From positions 26,536 through 90,535 of the forward strand of contig CAZKSF010000001.1 in NCBI GenBank assembly GCA_964555405.1: 64,000 nt of DNA, given 5' to 3'. The position numbers and the translations under genes were made by a program. The DNA is from an uncultured Bacteroides sp. Lineage in GTDB: Bacteria; Bacteroidota; Bacteroidia; Bacteroidales; Muribaculaceae. The number at the start of each line of letters is the position of its first letter. The stretch's first letter is position 1. Below, one piece after another: positions 10,185 through 20,129 of the stretch. The notes beneath the pieces are model-generated. The model worked only from the letters and a program-made list of their open reading frames with translations, ran no database searches and was not told the origin of the DNA.

Positions 10185-11021
10185 TCAGAATATTTTTAGA
10201 TTCATACATAAAAAGCCCGCTGTCAGTCCAAGCGCTATGCACGCGGTGAGAAGCAGTGCGTAAACAAACCGGCTGTAAGCGCATATGTAGTGTCCGTCAA
10301 TCAGGTCGTTCACACCGTTGATATACGGAATACCCGGAATAAGGTACAATACACTCGTACCTAACGCCACCTCGGTTGTAGCTGTCAGCCCCATGCGACA
10401 TGCGGCGCCTGTGATAATGACTGACAGAAACGCACAGAAAATGAATGTCGGCTTTATGTCCAGACGATTGTGCAACAGCACCAGTTTGAGCGAATATCCC
10501 GCGGCAGTGGCTATAGCCACAATCAACATTGCCGCCGGATCACCACCGAACAACCGGCAGAACGAAGCGTTGGCAACCGATACCAGCAACATCACCCACC
10601 ATGGATTATAGGCGCGGGTATGCACGAGGCGGCGGAACACCCACTGTGCTTCCTCCATGGTGATGCGCTTCTCCGCAACATCCCACGACAGTTTGCTGAG
10701 CCGTGTTATCAGATCATAACTGACCGCCACTTTGACTATCGAATGTGAATGACAGCATGCCTCGCCTTCGTTACTCCCCGCTTCCGTTACCGTGACCATC
10801 ACATGCGACGGAAGTATGATCAGATCAACTGTGAGCCTGACTGTAGCAGCCATGCGTTCCATATTTTTCGATATTCGCGCGCAGGTTGCACCACATCCCA
10901 GCATCCAGGATGCATACTCGGCAAAGAATCGCGTTATTCTGGTCAGTCGGCTACATTTACCTTCTTCCTTATGTGCCGGAGGTCCGTTAAAAACATGATG
11001 TGATGATGTCATAGCATTCAA
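10185..11021 (-). CDS. Threonine/serine exporter family protein (ThrE)
   Basis: MLGCGATCARI, ASFCRLFGGD and LYLIPGIPYING motifs. Confidence 0.85.
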   Translation of the reverse strand: MNAMTSSHHVFNGPPAHKEEGKCSRLTRITRFFAEYASWMLGCGATCARISKNMERMAATVRLTVDLIILPSHVMVTVTEAGSNEGEACCHSHSIVKVAVSYDLITRLSKLSWDVAEKRITMEEAQWVFRRLVHTRAYNPWWVMLLVSVANASFCRLFGGDPAAMLIVAIATAAGYSLKLVLLHNRLDIKPTFIFCAFLSVIITGAACRMGLTATTEVALGTSVLYLIPGIPYINGVNDLIDGHYICAYSRFVYALLLTACIALGLTAGFLCMNLKIF

Positions 11022-11116
11022 ATCTCTTATATTAAAAACCCTTTATTTCTCGTTAAGGTTTGGCAGAAGTGCCGATTTGTTGTAATTTTGCATGATATTG
11101 CATATTTTATGTGACG

Positions 11117-11998
11117 ATGAAACGAAAACGTCATTCCTTGTTGCCGATGTTCAGCTCTCAACTGACATCTACTGTCAGCGTTGCCATAGTCCTGCTTATC
11201 CTCGGGATTGTAGCTCTTATCGGCATAGCCGCACATAATGCCGCACGCGAAATCCAGGAGCAGACAGGGTTTGTGGTCATCATGGAGGATGATGCCGACG
11301 AAGCCCGGATACGGGCTATGAAATCACTTTGGGTAAAAGCCACTTATGTTTCTGACTTTAAATATGCCTCTGCCGACGAAGTAATGCGCCGGTGGCGTGA
11401 GATGATGGGCACCGATGATCTCCCTGATGAGACCGATCTGGGTGGAAATCCGTTTTCTCCCGAATTCGAAGTCAACCTCCGCGCCGAATATGCCTATCCC
11501 GACAGTGTCGACAGCATAATTGCAGCTATTGAAAAATACCCCGGTGTCAGCGAGATCCGTTTATACGGTGATACCGTAGCGGAAGTAAACCGCTCCATAC
11601 GTAGCGTGATGTTCATACTGCTGATAATAGCCGGAGCGCTGCTTCTCATATCCTTTGTACTTATCAACAACACCGTACGTCTCGCCATATTTTCCAAGCG
11701 TTTTATTATCCACACGATGAAGCTTGTAGGTGCTACGGCATCCTTTATCCGTCGTCCGTTTGTAATAGAGCACATCATAAGCGGTATCATCGCCGCCACT
11801 CTCGCCTCGGCGATACTTGCTTCCATGATTGGCTATCTTTCTTCTATAGAACCCATGTTGCCGCATCTGGTATCATGGGAAACCGTCGGTTATGTTATCG
11901 GCGCCATGTTTGTCACCGGCGCACTTCTTTCAGGTTTAGCCGCAGCTTTCGGAGCAACCAGGTATATAACCATCTCCTATGACGAATTATTCGAATAA
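11117..11998 (+). CDS. ftsX: Cell division permease FtsX
   Basis: N-terminal TM segment, periplasmic loop, INNTVRLAIFSKRFIIHTMKLVGAT..FIRRPF. Confidence 0.92.
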   Translation: MKRKRHSLLPMFSSQLTSTVSVAIVLLILGIVALIGIAAHNAAREIQEQTGFVVIMEDDADEARIRAMKSLWVKATYVSDFKYASADEVMRRWREMMGTDDLPDETDLGGNPFSPEFEVNLRAEYAYPDSVDSIIAAIEKYPGVSEIRLYGDTVAEVNRSIRSVMFILLIIAGALLLISFVLINNTVRLAIFSKRFIIHTMKLVGATASFIRRPFVIEHIISGIIAATLASAILASMIGYLSSIEPMLPHLVSWETVGYVIGAMFVTGALLSGLAAAFGATRYITISYDELFE

Positions 11999-12019
11999 AC
12001 AAATCCAACATCATAAGAT

Positions 12020-12301
12020 ATGATCGATCTAAATTCACTGACTGACTCAAAAGAGCAAGTCACCCCGGAGACATCATCCCAGTTTCCACTCACTCGCCTC
12101 AATTTTATTATCATGATAATAGCCGGTGTGATGATAGTACTGGGCTTTCTGCTCATGACAGGTTCTTCATCCACCGCCGAACAGTTTAACCCCGATATCT
12201 TTTCGACGCGTCGCATTGTAATCGGTCCGCTTTTCTCTTTCCTCGGTTTTGTACTCATGGGTATCGGAATCATTATACCCGGACGCCACAACAAACAGTA
12301 A
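12020..12301 (+). CDS. DUF3098 family membrane protein
   Basis: Two TM segments with FNPDIFSTRRIVIGP; the ftsX-DUF3098-uppP-truB order is typical of Bacteroidetes. Confidence 0.85.
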   Translation: MIDLNSLTDSKEQVTPETSSQFPLTRLNFIIMIIAGVMIVLGFLLMTGSSSTAEQFNPDIFSTRRIVIGPLFSFLGFVLMGIGIIIPGRHNKQ

Positions 12302-12325
12302 CAAATCAATATCAGCTTACCGATC

Positions 12326-13159
12326 ATGAATACTATCGACGCCATAATCATGGGCATAGTTCAGGGACTTGCCGAATACCTGCCCATCAGCAGCAGCGGA
12401 CATCTTGAAATTTTCCGGGAAATACTCGGACTTGATCTTTCGGGAGCCGATGCCCTTGAATTCGATATAGCCCTGCATGTTGCAACAGTCCTGAGCACTA
12501 TCGTTGTACTCTGGGGCGAGTTCAACGCCTTATGCCGGTCATTCTTTACCCTCAAGTTCGACGATAACTTCAAGTATGTATGCAAAATACTTGTTTCGTG
12601 CATTCCCGTTGCCATAGTCGGTCTATGCTTCAAGGACGTGGTTGAACAATTCTTCGGGAACGGACTTGGGACAGTAGGAATTTGCCTTATAATTACCGCC
12701 GCACTGCTTGCATTCGCTTACTTTTTCCGTCGTCCGGACCGTGAAGCTGTCCCGGGCAAGCTTAAAGATTCGGATCATGCCCACGGCATAACCTGGCTCG
12801 ACGCTTTTGTCATAGGATGCGCACAGGCAATAGCGGTTCTTCCGGGTCTCAGCCGTTCGGGATCGACAATCGCAACCGGCTTGTTGCTCGGAGTACGTCG
12901 CGATCTTATTGCCCGTTTTTCATTCTTCATGGTCATCATCCCCATCCTCGGCGAGGCTCTGCTCGACCTCAAGGATATGATCGGAGGTGAAGGCGCCAGC
13001 GAAGCTATAGGAATGACCCCTCTGATATGCGGTTTTCTCGCATCGTTCATTGTAGGATGTGCCGCCTGCAAATGGATGCTTAATATTGTGCGGAAAGGCA
13101 AGATGGTGTGGTTTGCGATTTACTGTCTGATCGTCGGTATAATATGTTTGGTATGGTAG
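12326..13159 (+). CDS. uppP: Undecaprenyl-diphosphate phosphatase
   Basis: GIVQGLAEYLPISSSGHL and AQAIAVLPGLSRSGSTI motifs. Confidence 0.97.
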   Translation: MNTIDAIIMGIVQGLAEYLPISSSGHLEIFREILGLDLSGADALEFDIALHVATVLSTIVVLWGEFNALCRSFFTLKFDDNFKYVCKILVSCIPVAIVGLCFKDVVEQFFGNGLGTVGICLIITAALLAFAYFFRRPDREAVPGKLKDSDHAHGITWLDAFVIGCAQAIAVLPGLSRSGSTIATGLLLGVRRDLIARFSFFMVIIPILGEALLDLKDMIGGEGASEAIGMTPLICGFLASFIVGCAACKWMLNIVRKGKMVWFAIYCLIVGIICLVW

Positions 13160-13923
13160 AAGCTATGACCGACGAAAACGATTCTATTTCCGGGTCATCA
13201 CGCGACTTTCTTGCCGGTGAAACGTTATATATTGACAAGCCTCTCGGATGGACCTCGTTCGATGTAGTTAAGCGGTTGCGTTCCACACTTCTCCGTAGGC
13301 TTGGATTACGGAAAATGAAAGTGGGTCACGCCGGTACTCTTGACCCCCTCGCCTCCGGCGTTATGATAGTTGTTACCGGACGCTCCACGAAACTGATAGA
13401 GAAGCTTCAGGCAGGTGTCAAGGAATATATTGCCGAAATACAGCTTGGGGCTACGACTCCGTCGTTCGACCTTGAGACTGCCATCGATGCCGTGTATCCT
13501 ACCGGGCACATCACCCGCGAGTCTATCGAACAGATTCTTCCGCAATTCACCGGACGCATCATGCAAGTGCCACCCGCATTTTCGGCATGCAAAGTTGACG
13601 GACATCGGGCATATCGTACCGCCCGTAAAGGGGGCGAGGTGGAACTTAAGCCGAAGGAACTGCAGATCGACGAAATCGAACTGCTTGGTTTTGATCCGCA
13701 ATCAATGAAACTTGAACTGCGGATTGTGTGCGGCAAAGGCACTTACATACGTGCGCTTGCCCGCGACATCGGACAGGCGCTTGAATCCGGGGCACACCTC
13801 ACAGCCCTGCGGCGTACACGTGTCGGTGACGTGACGGTTGCCGACTGTCTGTCGGTCGATCAGGCAGTTGAATGGATACGCATCGTCGACATGGTGTTAC
13901 CGGAAATGACTGAAAATAAATGA
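13153..13923 (+). CDS. truB: tRNA pseudouridine(55) synthase
   Basis: DKPLGWTSFDVV, KVGHAGTLDPLASG, CGKGTYIRALARD and LRRTRVG; start is 13153 or 13165. Confidence 0.97.
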   Translation: MVEAMTDENDSISGSSRDFLAGETLYIDKPLGWTSFDVVKRLRSTLLRRLGLRKMKVGHAGTLDPLASGVMIVVTGRSTKLIEKLQAGVKEYIAEIQLGATTPSFDLETAIDAVYPTGHITRESIEQILPQFTGRIMQVPPAFSACKVDGHRAYRTARKGGEVELKPKELQIDEIELLGFDPQSMKLELRIVCGKGTYIRALARDIGQALESGAHLTALRRTRVGDVTVADCLSVDQAVEWIRIVDMVLPEMTENK

Positions 13924-13962
13924 CAATAATATAATAATACTCCCTCATACTTACTCACCCGA

Positions 13963-15012
13963 ATGAAACTTTCACAATTCAAGTTCAAGCTCCCGGAAGA
14001 GCTTATAGCACAGCATCCCGCACAAGTACGTGACGAATCACGTATGATGGTTCTTCATCGTGCAAGCGGAGAAATAGAACATCGCATATTTAAAGACATA
14101 ATCAATTACTTCGAAGAAGGAGATATTTTCGTTTTTAACGACACCAAAGTATTCCCCGCCCGGCTTTACGGGAATAAGGAAAAAACAGGTGCCCGCATTG
14201 AAGTGTTTCTGCTCCGGGAACTGAATGCTGAAAACAAGCTATGGGACGTGCTTGTCGAACCGGCGCGCAAGATACGTATCGGAAATAAGCTTTACTTCGG
14301 TGAGGATGACTCAATGGTAGCGGAGGTTATCGACAATACCACTTCACGTGGCCGCACGCTCCGCTTTCTCTATGACGGACCCCATGATGAGTTCAAGAAT
14401 GCTTTGTATTCACTTGGTCAGACTCCCCTGCCCGAGTATATCCGCCGTGAGCCGGAACCTGAAGATGCCGATCGATACCAGACTATTTTTGCCCGTAACG
14501 AAGGCGCTGTAGTGGCTCCCGCAGCAAGCCTGCATTTCAGCCGCGAACTTATGAAGCGTCTTGAAATAAAAGGTGTGCATCAGGCATTCATGACCGTTCA
14601 CAGCGGTCTGGGTAATTTCCGCGAAATAGATGTCGAGGACCTGACCAAACACCGCATGGATTCCGAGCAGATTGAAATCAGCGAAAAACTTGTTGAAACC
14701 GTCAACGCTGTCAAAGATCATCACCATCGTGTATGCGCAGTCGGCACATCAGTACTCCGGGGCATTGCCAGTGCGGTGAGCATGGGTGGACACATGAAAA
14801 TTTACTCCGGCTGGACCAACAAATTTATTTTCCCTCCCTATGATTTCACGGTGACCGATGCTCTCGTAAGTAACTTCCATCTTCCCTACTCCACTATGCT
14901 CATGATGGTTGCGGCATTCGGCGGTTACGATCTGGTGATGAAAGCCTATAACGAAGCTGTCAAAGAAAAATACCGGTTCGGCGCTTACGGCGACGCCATG
15001 CTTATCCTCTGA
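13963..15012 (+). CDS. queA: S-adenosylmethionine:tRNA ribosyltransferase-isomerase
   Basis: [41 protein letters not shown] and YGDAMLI. Confidence 0.97.
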   Translation: MKLSQFKFKLPEELIAQHPAQVRDESRMMVLHRASGEIEHRIFKDIINYFEEGDIFVFNDTKVFPARLYGNKEKTGARIEVFLLRELNAENKLWDVLVEPARKIRIGNKLYFGEDDSMVAEVIDNTTSRGRTLRFLYDGPHDEFKNALYSLGQTPLPEYIRREPEPEDADRYQTIFARNEGAVVAPAASLHFSRELMKRLEIKGVHQAFMTVHSGLGNFREIDVEDLTKHRMDSEQIEISEKLVETVNAVKDHHHRVCAVGTSVLRGIASAVSMGGHMKIYSGWTNKFIFPPYDFTVTDALVSNFHLPYSTMLMMVAAFGGYDLVMKAYNEAVKEKYRFGAYGDAMLIL

Positions 15013-15014
15013 TA

Positions 15015-15614
15015 ATGGGTGGTGTCTGCGAATTCCTCACCGTAGCACGCACCGGCGAAGGCATATTCCGTGAAAAAATGAGTAAATTCATTGCCACGGC
15101 AACACATGTCACCACAGCCGCCGAGGCGAAAGCTATAATCAGCGATACCGTAAACAGGTACCACGATGCACGGCATGTGTGCTGGGCCTATATGGTTGGT
15201 GCCGACAGGTTGGAATACCTGTCATCTGACAACGGTGAACCGTCGGGTACTGCCGGTAAACCGATACTCGGTCAGATCAATTCCGCAGGTATCACCGATG
15301 TTGTAGTGACGGTCGTACGGTATTTCGGTGGAATAAAGCTTGGAACGTCAGGTCTCATAGCGGCTTACCGCGAGGCGGCACGCCTCGCGATAGAGGACGC
15401 CGGAACACGTGCCGATTGTGTACGTGAAACCGTTACCGTAACCTTCCCGTATCTTGCCATGAACGATGTGATGCGTGTGGTCAAAAACTCCGACATCAAC
15501 ATAGTATCACAGGAGTTCGACAATTCGTGTAGACTCACTTTTACAGTGCGTTCCGATATGGCAGAGGAATTGCGCCGGCGCCTTGACTCTATCGACGGAA
15601 CTTCTCTCTCATAA
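15015..15614 (+). CDS. yigZ: YigZ/IMPACT family protein
   Basis: EKMSKF, ARHVCWAY, DNGEPSGTAGKP and VVRYFGGIKLG motifs. Confidence 0.92.
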   Translation: MGGVCEFLTVARTGEGIFREKMSKFIATATHVTTAAEAKAIISDTVNRYHDARHVCWAYMVGADRLEYLSSDNGEPSGTAGKPILGQINSAGITDVVVTVVRYFGGIKLGTSGLIAAYREAARLAIEDAGTRADCVRETVTVTFPYLAMNDVMRVVKNSDINIVSQEFDNSCRLTFTVRSDMAEELRRRLDSIDGTSLS

Positions 15615-15616
15615 TC

Positions 15617-16582
15617 ATGACTGACAGTCATTCGCTTAATATACGCCCCGTCGGAAGGTTCGCGCCTTCTCCGTCGGGGCGCATGCATCTCGGAAATTTG
15701 TTTACGGCTCTTGTGTCGTGGCTGTCGGTACGTTCGCGGGGAGGCAAGTGGATTCTTCGTATCGAGGATCTTGATCCGCAGAGATCGCATACTGAATTCG
15801 CCCGACTTATCGAAGAGGACCTGCTTTGGGCAGGACTTGAATGGGACGAAGGCGGAGTGGACGGCAAAGGTCCGGCAGAACCATATTGTCAGAGCCTGCG
15901 ACATGACTTTTACACCGAAGCCCTGGAGCGACTGCGGCATCTCGGACTCACTTATCCATGCCGCTGTACACGTGCTGATATACGTGCCACACAAGCACCT
16001 CACCGTAGTGACGGCAGAGTAATATATGCAGGTACATGCCGCCCGGACGGATTTCCCGCAACTCGTCCTGAGTGGGGTACCGCACCCTATGCCGAACGGC
16101 TTTTTGTCCCCGACCGCATGATAAGCTTCGATGATCGGGTATTCGGTCATCAGGAATTCAATCTTACAGAACTATGCGGCGACTTCGTGCTGAGAAGAGC
16201 CGATGGTGCATGGGCTTACCAGCTTGCGGTAGTAGTCGATGATGCGCTTATGGGCGTAACCGAGGTAGTACGTGGCTGCGATCTGCTCCCTTCATCAGCA
16301 CAGCAGACCTATCTTTACGACTTGCTTGGATATGATTCTCCCTCATGGGCACATCTGCCTCTCATCGGGAACAGCAATGGTCAACGCCTGTCGAAACGCG
16401 ATGCTTCGCTTTCCATCGAGGCTTTGCGTTCAAGCCATACACCGGAAGAAGTCATAGGCATGCTGGCGCATCTTGCCGGATGGACTCCTTCACCGGTTCC
16501 TTGCAGCGCGGCGTCGCTGATTGACATATTCGACTGGAATCTTATTACTCCCGACGATATGATCACACAAGCTCACAGATAA
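15617..16582 (+). CDS. gluQ: tRNA glutamyl-Q(34) synthetase GluQRS
   Basis: GRFAPSPSGRMHLGN, LRIEDLD, zinc motif YPCRC...YAGTC, YQLAVVVDD and RLSKRD; short, with no anticodon-binding domain. Confidence 0.9.
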   Translation: MTDSHSLNIRPVGRFAPSPSGRMHLGNLFTALVSWLSVRSRGGKWILRIEDLDPQRSHTEFARLIEEDLLWAGLEWDEGGVDGKGPAEPYCQSLRHDFYTEALERLRHLGLTYPCRCTRADIRATQAPHRSDGRVIYAGTCRPDGFPATRPEWGTAPYAERLFVPDRMISFDDRVFGHQEFNLTELCGDFVLRRADGAWAYQLAVVVDDALMGVTEVVRGCDLLPSSAQQTYLYDLLGYDSPSWAHLPLIGNSNGQRLSKRDASLSIEALRSSHTPEEVIGMLAHLAGWTPSPVPCSAASLIDIFDWNLITPDDMITQAHR

Positions 16583-17954
16583 GTGTGGCTGAAGTCGAAT
16601 CGGTCACACGTACCTTTATCAGATCTCCAACACGGTAGTTACCCCGCGGAAATACAGCTGTCTTATTTTGCGATGTACGTCCCACCATCTGCTCACGGCT
16701 ACGCTTTGACACACCTTCGACAAGCACCTCAAATTCGCGTCCTTCGTCACGCCTGTTACTTTCAGCCGACAAACGGTCCTGAAGGGCAATCATGCGTGTA
16801 AGGCGCTCGATTTTCACAGCCTCGGGAACGTCATCCGGCAGATGTTTGGATGCGAATGTACCGGGACGTTCGGAATATTTGAACATGAACGCGGCATCGA
16901 AGCCAACTTCCCGCATCAGCGAAAGTGTATCTTCGAAATCAGCTTCAGTCTCACCGTGAAATCCTGTAAATAGATCGGTTGTTATCGCACAGTCAGGGAT
17001 AGCGCGGCGGATGGCATCTATTCGCCCGAGATACCACTCGCGTGTGTACTTGCGGTTCATGGCTTTGAGAACGGAATCCGAACCACTCTGTACAGGCAGA
17101 TGTATGTGGCTGCATACATTTGGATGAGAGGCTATTGCAGCGATAATCTCATCTGACATATCTTTGGGATGCGATGTCGTGAAACGTATGCGCATATCGG
17201 GGGCTGCCTCAGCTACTTTAGAAATCAGTGATGCGAAATCAGTCGTATCACCGGTCTTGGGATCGATGTACCGGTAACTGTTCACATTCTGTCCGAGCAA
17301 AGTCACCTCCTTAAAACCCTTGTCACGTAAATCAGAGAGTTCCCGGAGTATGCTGTCGGTTTCGCGCGACCGTTCACGACCGCGTGTGTACGGAACAATA
17401 CAATAGGAGCAAAAATTATTGCAACCGCGCATAATGCTTATATAACCCGAGACACGGTTTTCACCAAGCCGTACCGGTACGACCTCTCGATATGTTTCAG
17501 TAGTCGAAAGCTCAACATTTATTGCCTTGTGTCCTTGTTCCACCGAGGCGAACAATCCCGGCAAATCAAGATAGGAATCAGGTCCCGCAACCAGATCAAC
17601 GCCATGGTTCTCGATCAGGTCCTCTCTTGCCCGTTCAGCCATACATCCTATCACACCTACTATCAGGTTTTTTCCTTCCCGTGCACGGCGACGGCGGAGT
17701 GAAGAAAAATACTGAAGTCGACCGTAGATCTTTTGTTCAGCTTTATCCCGTATTGAGCATGTATTGAGGAGTACGGCATCGGCATCATCCGCGGATTTCA
17801 CCATCGAATAACCCGCCATTTCCATGACGGAAGCCACCACCTCACTGTCAGCGACATTCATCTGACATCCATAAGTTTCGATAAACAGTGTATTTGGCGT
17901 CTGATCATTCGCTTCTACGCCATTTATATTGGTATTATTGTCTTGTTCTGACAT
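16563..17954 (-). CDS. miaB: tRNA-2-methylthio-N6-dimethylallyladenosine synthase
   Basis: ETYGCQMN, LNTCSIR, radical SAM motif CNNFCSYC and a C-terminal TRAM domain. Confidence 0.97.
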   Translation of the reverse strand: MSEQDNNTNINGVEANDQTPNTLFIETYGCQMNVADSEVVASVMEMAGYSMVKSADDADAVLLNTCSIRDKAEQKIYGRLQYFSSLRRRRAREGKNLIVGVIGCMAERAREDLIENHGVDLVAGPDSYLDLPGLFASVEQGHKAINVELSTTETYREVVPVRLGENRVSGYISIMRGCNNFCSYCIVPYTRGRERSRETDSILRELSDLRDKGFKEVTLLGQNVNSYRYIDPKTGDTTDFASLISKVAEAAPDMRIRFTTSHPKDMSDEIIAAIASHPNVCSHIHLPVQSGSDSVLKAMNRKYTREWYLGRIDAIRRAIPDCAITTDLFTGFHGETEADFEDTLSLMREVGFDAAFMFKYSERPGTFASKHLPDDVPEAVKIERLTRMIALQDRLSAESNRRDEGREFEVLVEGVSKRSREQMVGRTSQNKTAVFPRGNYRVGDLIKVRVTDSTSATLICELV

Positions 17955-18059
17955 GTATTGTGAAACTACTTTTTTGGAGAATCAACTAAAAATGATTAAA
18001 TTTGTGGCAAATTTACTAAAAAATTACCGTACTGCAACACTAAAAACCGACCCGCATAC

Positions 18060-19553
18060 ATGGCATTCCCAATTCTGACAGCGGAAGAAGCGGCTGCGCT
18101 TATTCCCAACGACGCTAATGTAGGATTCTCCGGATTTACTGCTTCGGGTTCGCCTAAGGTAGTTACCGAGGCTATTGCAGCCCGCGCTATTCGCGAGCAT
18201 GAAGCCGGTCGTCCCTACAAGATCAATATTTTCACAGGTGCATCGACAAACAACCACGCCGACGGTGCATTGGCTCGTGCCAACGCCATCAACCGCCGTA
18301 CACCTTATCAGAACACTCCCGATCTGCGCAAGCGCATCAACTCTCACGACGCGCATTACTTCGATCTTCACCTCTCCGAGCTCGCTCAGAAATTCCGCTA
18401 TGGTTTTTACGGTGAACTCGACTTCGCGCTTATCGAAGTGTGTGAAGTACGTGATAACGGTGACGTGGTTCTCACGACAGGTGCCGGAAACGTCCCCACA
18501 TACGTAAACCGTGCCAAGCATGTCATTCTGGAGTTGAACCGTAAGGTTCCCGTTACCATGTACGGCATGCACGACATCTATATGCCTGCCGATCCTCCTG
18601 CCCGCCGCGAGATACCCATCTACACTCCAAGCGATCGCATCGGTGAACCGATCGTACATATCGATCCCAAGAAGATAGTAGGTGTCGTTTACAGCGACGA
18701 CTATGATGGAATCAAAGGCTTCACCGCACTCGATGACACCACTCTTACAATCGGTGCCAATGTATGCGGATTCCTTATCTCGGAACTTCGCGCCGGTCGT
18801 CTGCCGAAATCATTCCTCCCCATCCAGTCGGGTGTAGGTAATGTTGCAAACGCCGTTCTTTACGGTCTTGGCGACAGCAAGGAAATCCCACCGTTCTCGA
18901 TGTACACCGAAGTAATTCAGGACGCGGTTATCGAACTTATGAAGCTCGGCAAATGCAAATTCGGCTCTACATGCTCGCTTACCATCAGCAATGCGATGGA
19001 GGCGGAACTGTATTCGAATCTCGACTTCTTCCGCGACAAGATCGTGATACGACCAGCTGAAATTTCCAATAACCCGGAAGTTATACGTCGTCTTGGTGTC
19101 ATCGCCATGAACACGGCTCTTGAAGCTGATATCTTCGGTAATATCAACTCAACGCACGTAACCGGCACACGCATGATGAACGGTATAGGTGGTTCGGGTG
19201 ACTTCACACGCAACGGATATCTCTCGATATTCTCTTGCCCGTCAACCACTAAAGGTGGCTTGATCAGTAATATTGTACCTATGGTATCGCATGTCGATCA
19301 TTCCGAGCACTCAGTCGATGTCCTCATCACGGAGCAAGGTGTTGCCGATCTCCGTGGCAAAGATCCGGTACAGCGCGCCGAAGAGATCATCAACAACTGC
19401 GCTCATCCCGACTATCGTCCTCTGCTTACCGATTATCTCCGTATGGGCAAGGGCGGACAGACACCTCACAGCCTGAAGGCTTCGTTGGCGTTCCACACCG
19501 AATTCCTCGACTCCGGTTCGATGCGTAACGTTGACTTCTCCAAATACGAATAA
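18060..19553 (+). CDS. Succinate CoA-transferase (acetyl-CoA hydrolase/transferase family)
   Basis: GFSGFT, GAST, PIQSGVGNVAN, NTALEADIFGNINS, MNGIGGSGDF and ITEQGVADLRG. Confidence 0.92.
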   Translation: MAFPILTAEEAAALIPNDANVGFSGFTASGSPKVVTEAIAARAIREHEAGRPYKINIFTGASTNNHADGALARANAINRRTPYQNTPDLRKRINSHDAHYFDLHLSELAQKFRYGFYGELDFALIEVCEVRDNGDVVLTTGAGNVPTYVNRAKHVILELNRKVPVTMYGMHDIYMPADPPARREIPIYTPSDRIGEPIVHIDPKKIVGVVYSDDYDGIKGFTALDDTTLTIGANVCGFLISELRAGRLPKSFLPIQSGVGNVANAVLYGLGDSKEIPPFSMYTEVIQDAVIELMKLGKCKFGSTCSLTISNAMEAELYSNLDFFRDKIVIRPAEISNNPEVIRRLGVIAMNTALEADIFGNINSTHVTGTRMMNGIGGSGDFTRNGYLSIFSCPSTTKGGLISNIVPMVSHVDHSEHSVDVLITEQGVADLRGKDPVQRAEEIINNCAHPDYRPLLTDYLRMGKGGQTPHSLKASLAFHTEFLDSGSMRNVDFSKYE

Positions 19554-19585
19554 ACGACAATTACCGGTTATAGTCGTAACACTAC

Positions 19586-19630
19586 AGTTGCACCATCCTG
19601 ACATATGCCGGATGGTGCAGCTCTTTTTTT
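19586..19630 (+). terminator. Intrinsic terminator
   Basis: agttgcaccatcc / ggatggtgcagct stem followed by a T-run. Confidence 0.85.
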
Positions 19631-19687
19631 TAGATTAACGTATGTCATTGTACAGGATCTAAGAAAAAATAAGTATCTTTGCGGTGA

Positions 19688-19902
19688 AAATGGTTGCTCT
19701 GCCATCCGGGAGCGGAGGCGTTATAGAGCATCAAAAGGGAATGAGGTGTGATTCCTCGACAGTACCCGCTGCTGTATTTCCCCGCTTATTTAATGCACAA
19801 TGCATAATTGGACGTTGATAAGCAAGGTTTTCGCAACCTGCCACTGGTCACTATCCGACCGGGAAGGCGCGAATAAACCGGGATAAGTCAGAAGACCTGC
19901 CA
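19688..19902 (+). promoter_or_regulatory. Cobalamin riboswitch
   Basis: Conserved B12-element blocks in order: aaaagggaa, ggtg, cagtacccgctgctgta, gccactg, gggaaggc, aagtcagaagacctgcc; a -7 box TAtcTTTG lies at 19674-19681. Confidence 0.95.
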
Positions 19903-20012
19903 TTTTTTACATTTCGTGCAGTGCGCGGGAGGGCGGCTGTCATGGAGCTATAGCAGAAGGAACAGACATACCTGTTTCGCTATTATTACATGATATAGAC
20001 AACACCACTACT

Positions 20013-20055
20013 CCCGTTGACGAGCATAAGCATCGTTGACGGGTTTATTGTTTTG
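20013..20055 (+). terminator. Attenuator terminator in the riboswitch leader
   Basis: Stem cccgt-tgacga / tcgttg-acggg followed by tttattgttttg. Confidence 0.6.
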
Positions 20056-20129
20056 TGGCGTACCTTTTTCCCGTTGCACATCCGGAAACAGCAAACTTTC
20101 ACAGGCTAACGATTCATACTGCAACGGAC

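Noticed and set aside
15365-16150. 261-aa antisense ORF over yigZ/gluQ
   Set aside because: It shadows two well-conserved genes and has no recognisable motifs.
20055-20129. Upstream GTG start for the TonB receptor, and similar long 5' extensions on lysS, pyrE, truB, SRPBCC, aspC and the ORFs at 23332 and 58301
   Set aside because: The extensions overlap leaders, promoters or neighbouring genes and bury signal peptides; downstream ATGs fit better.
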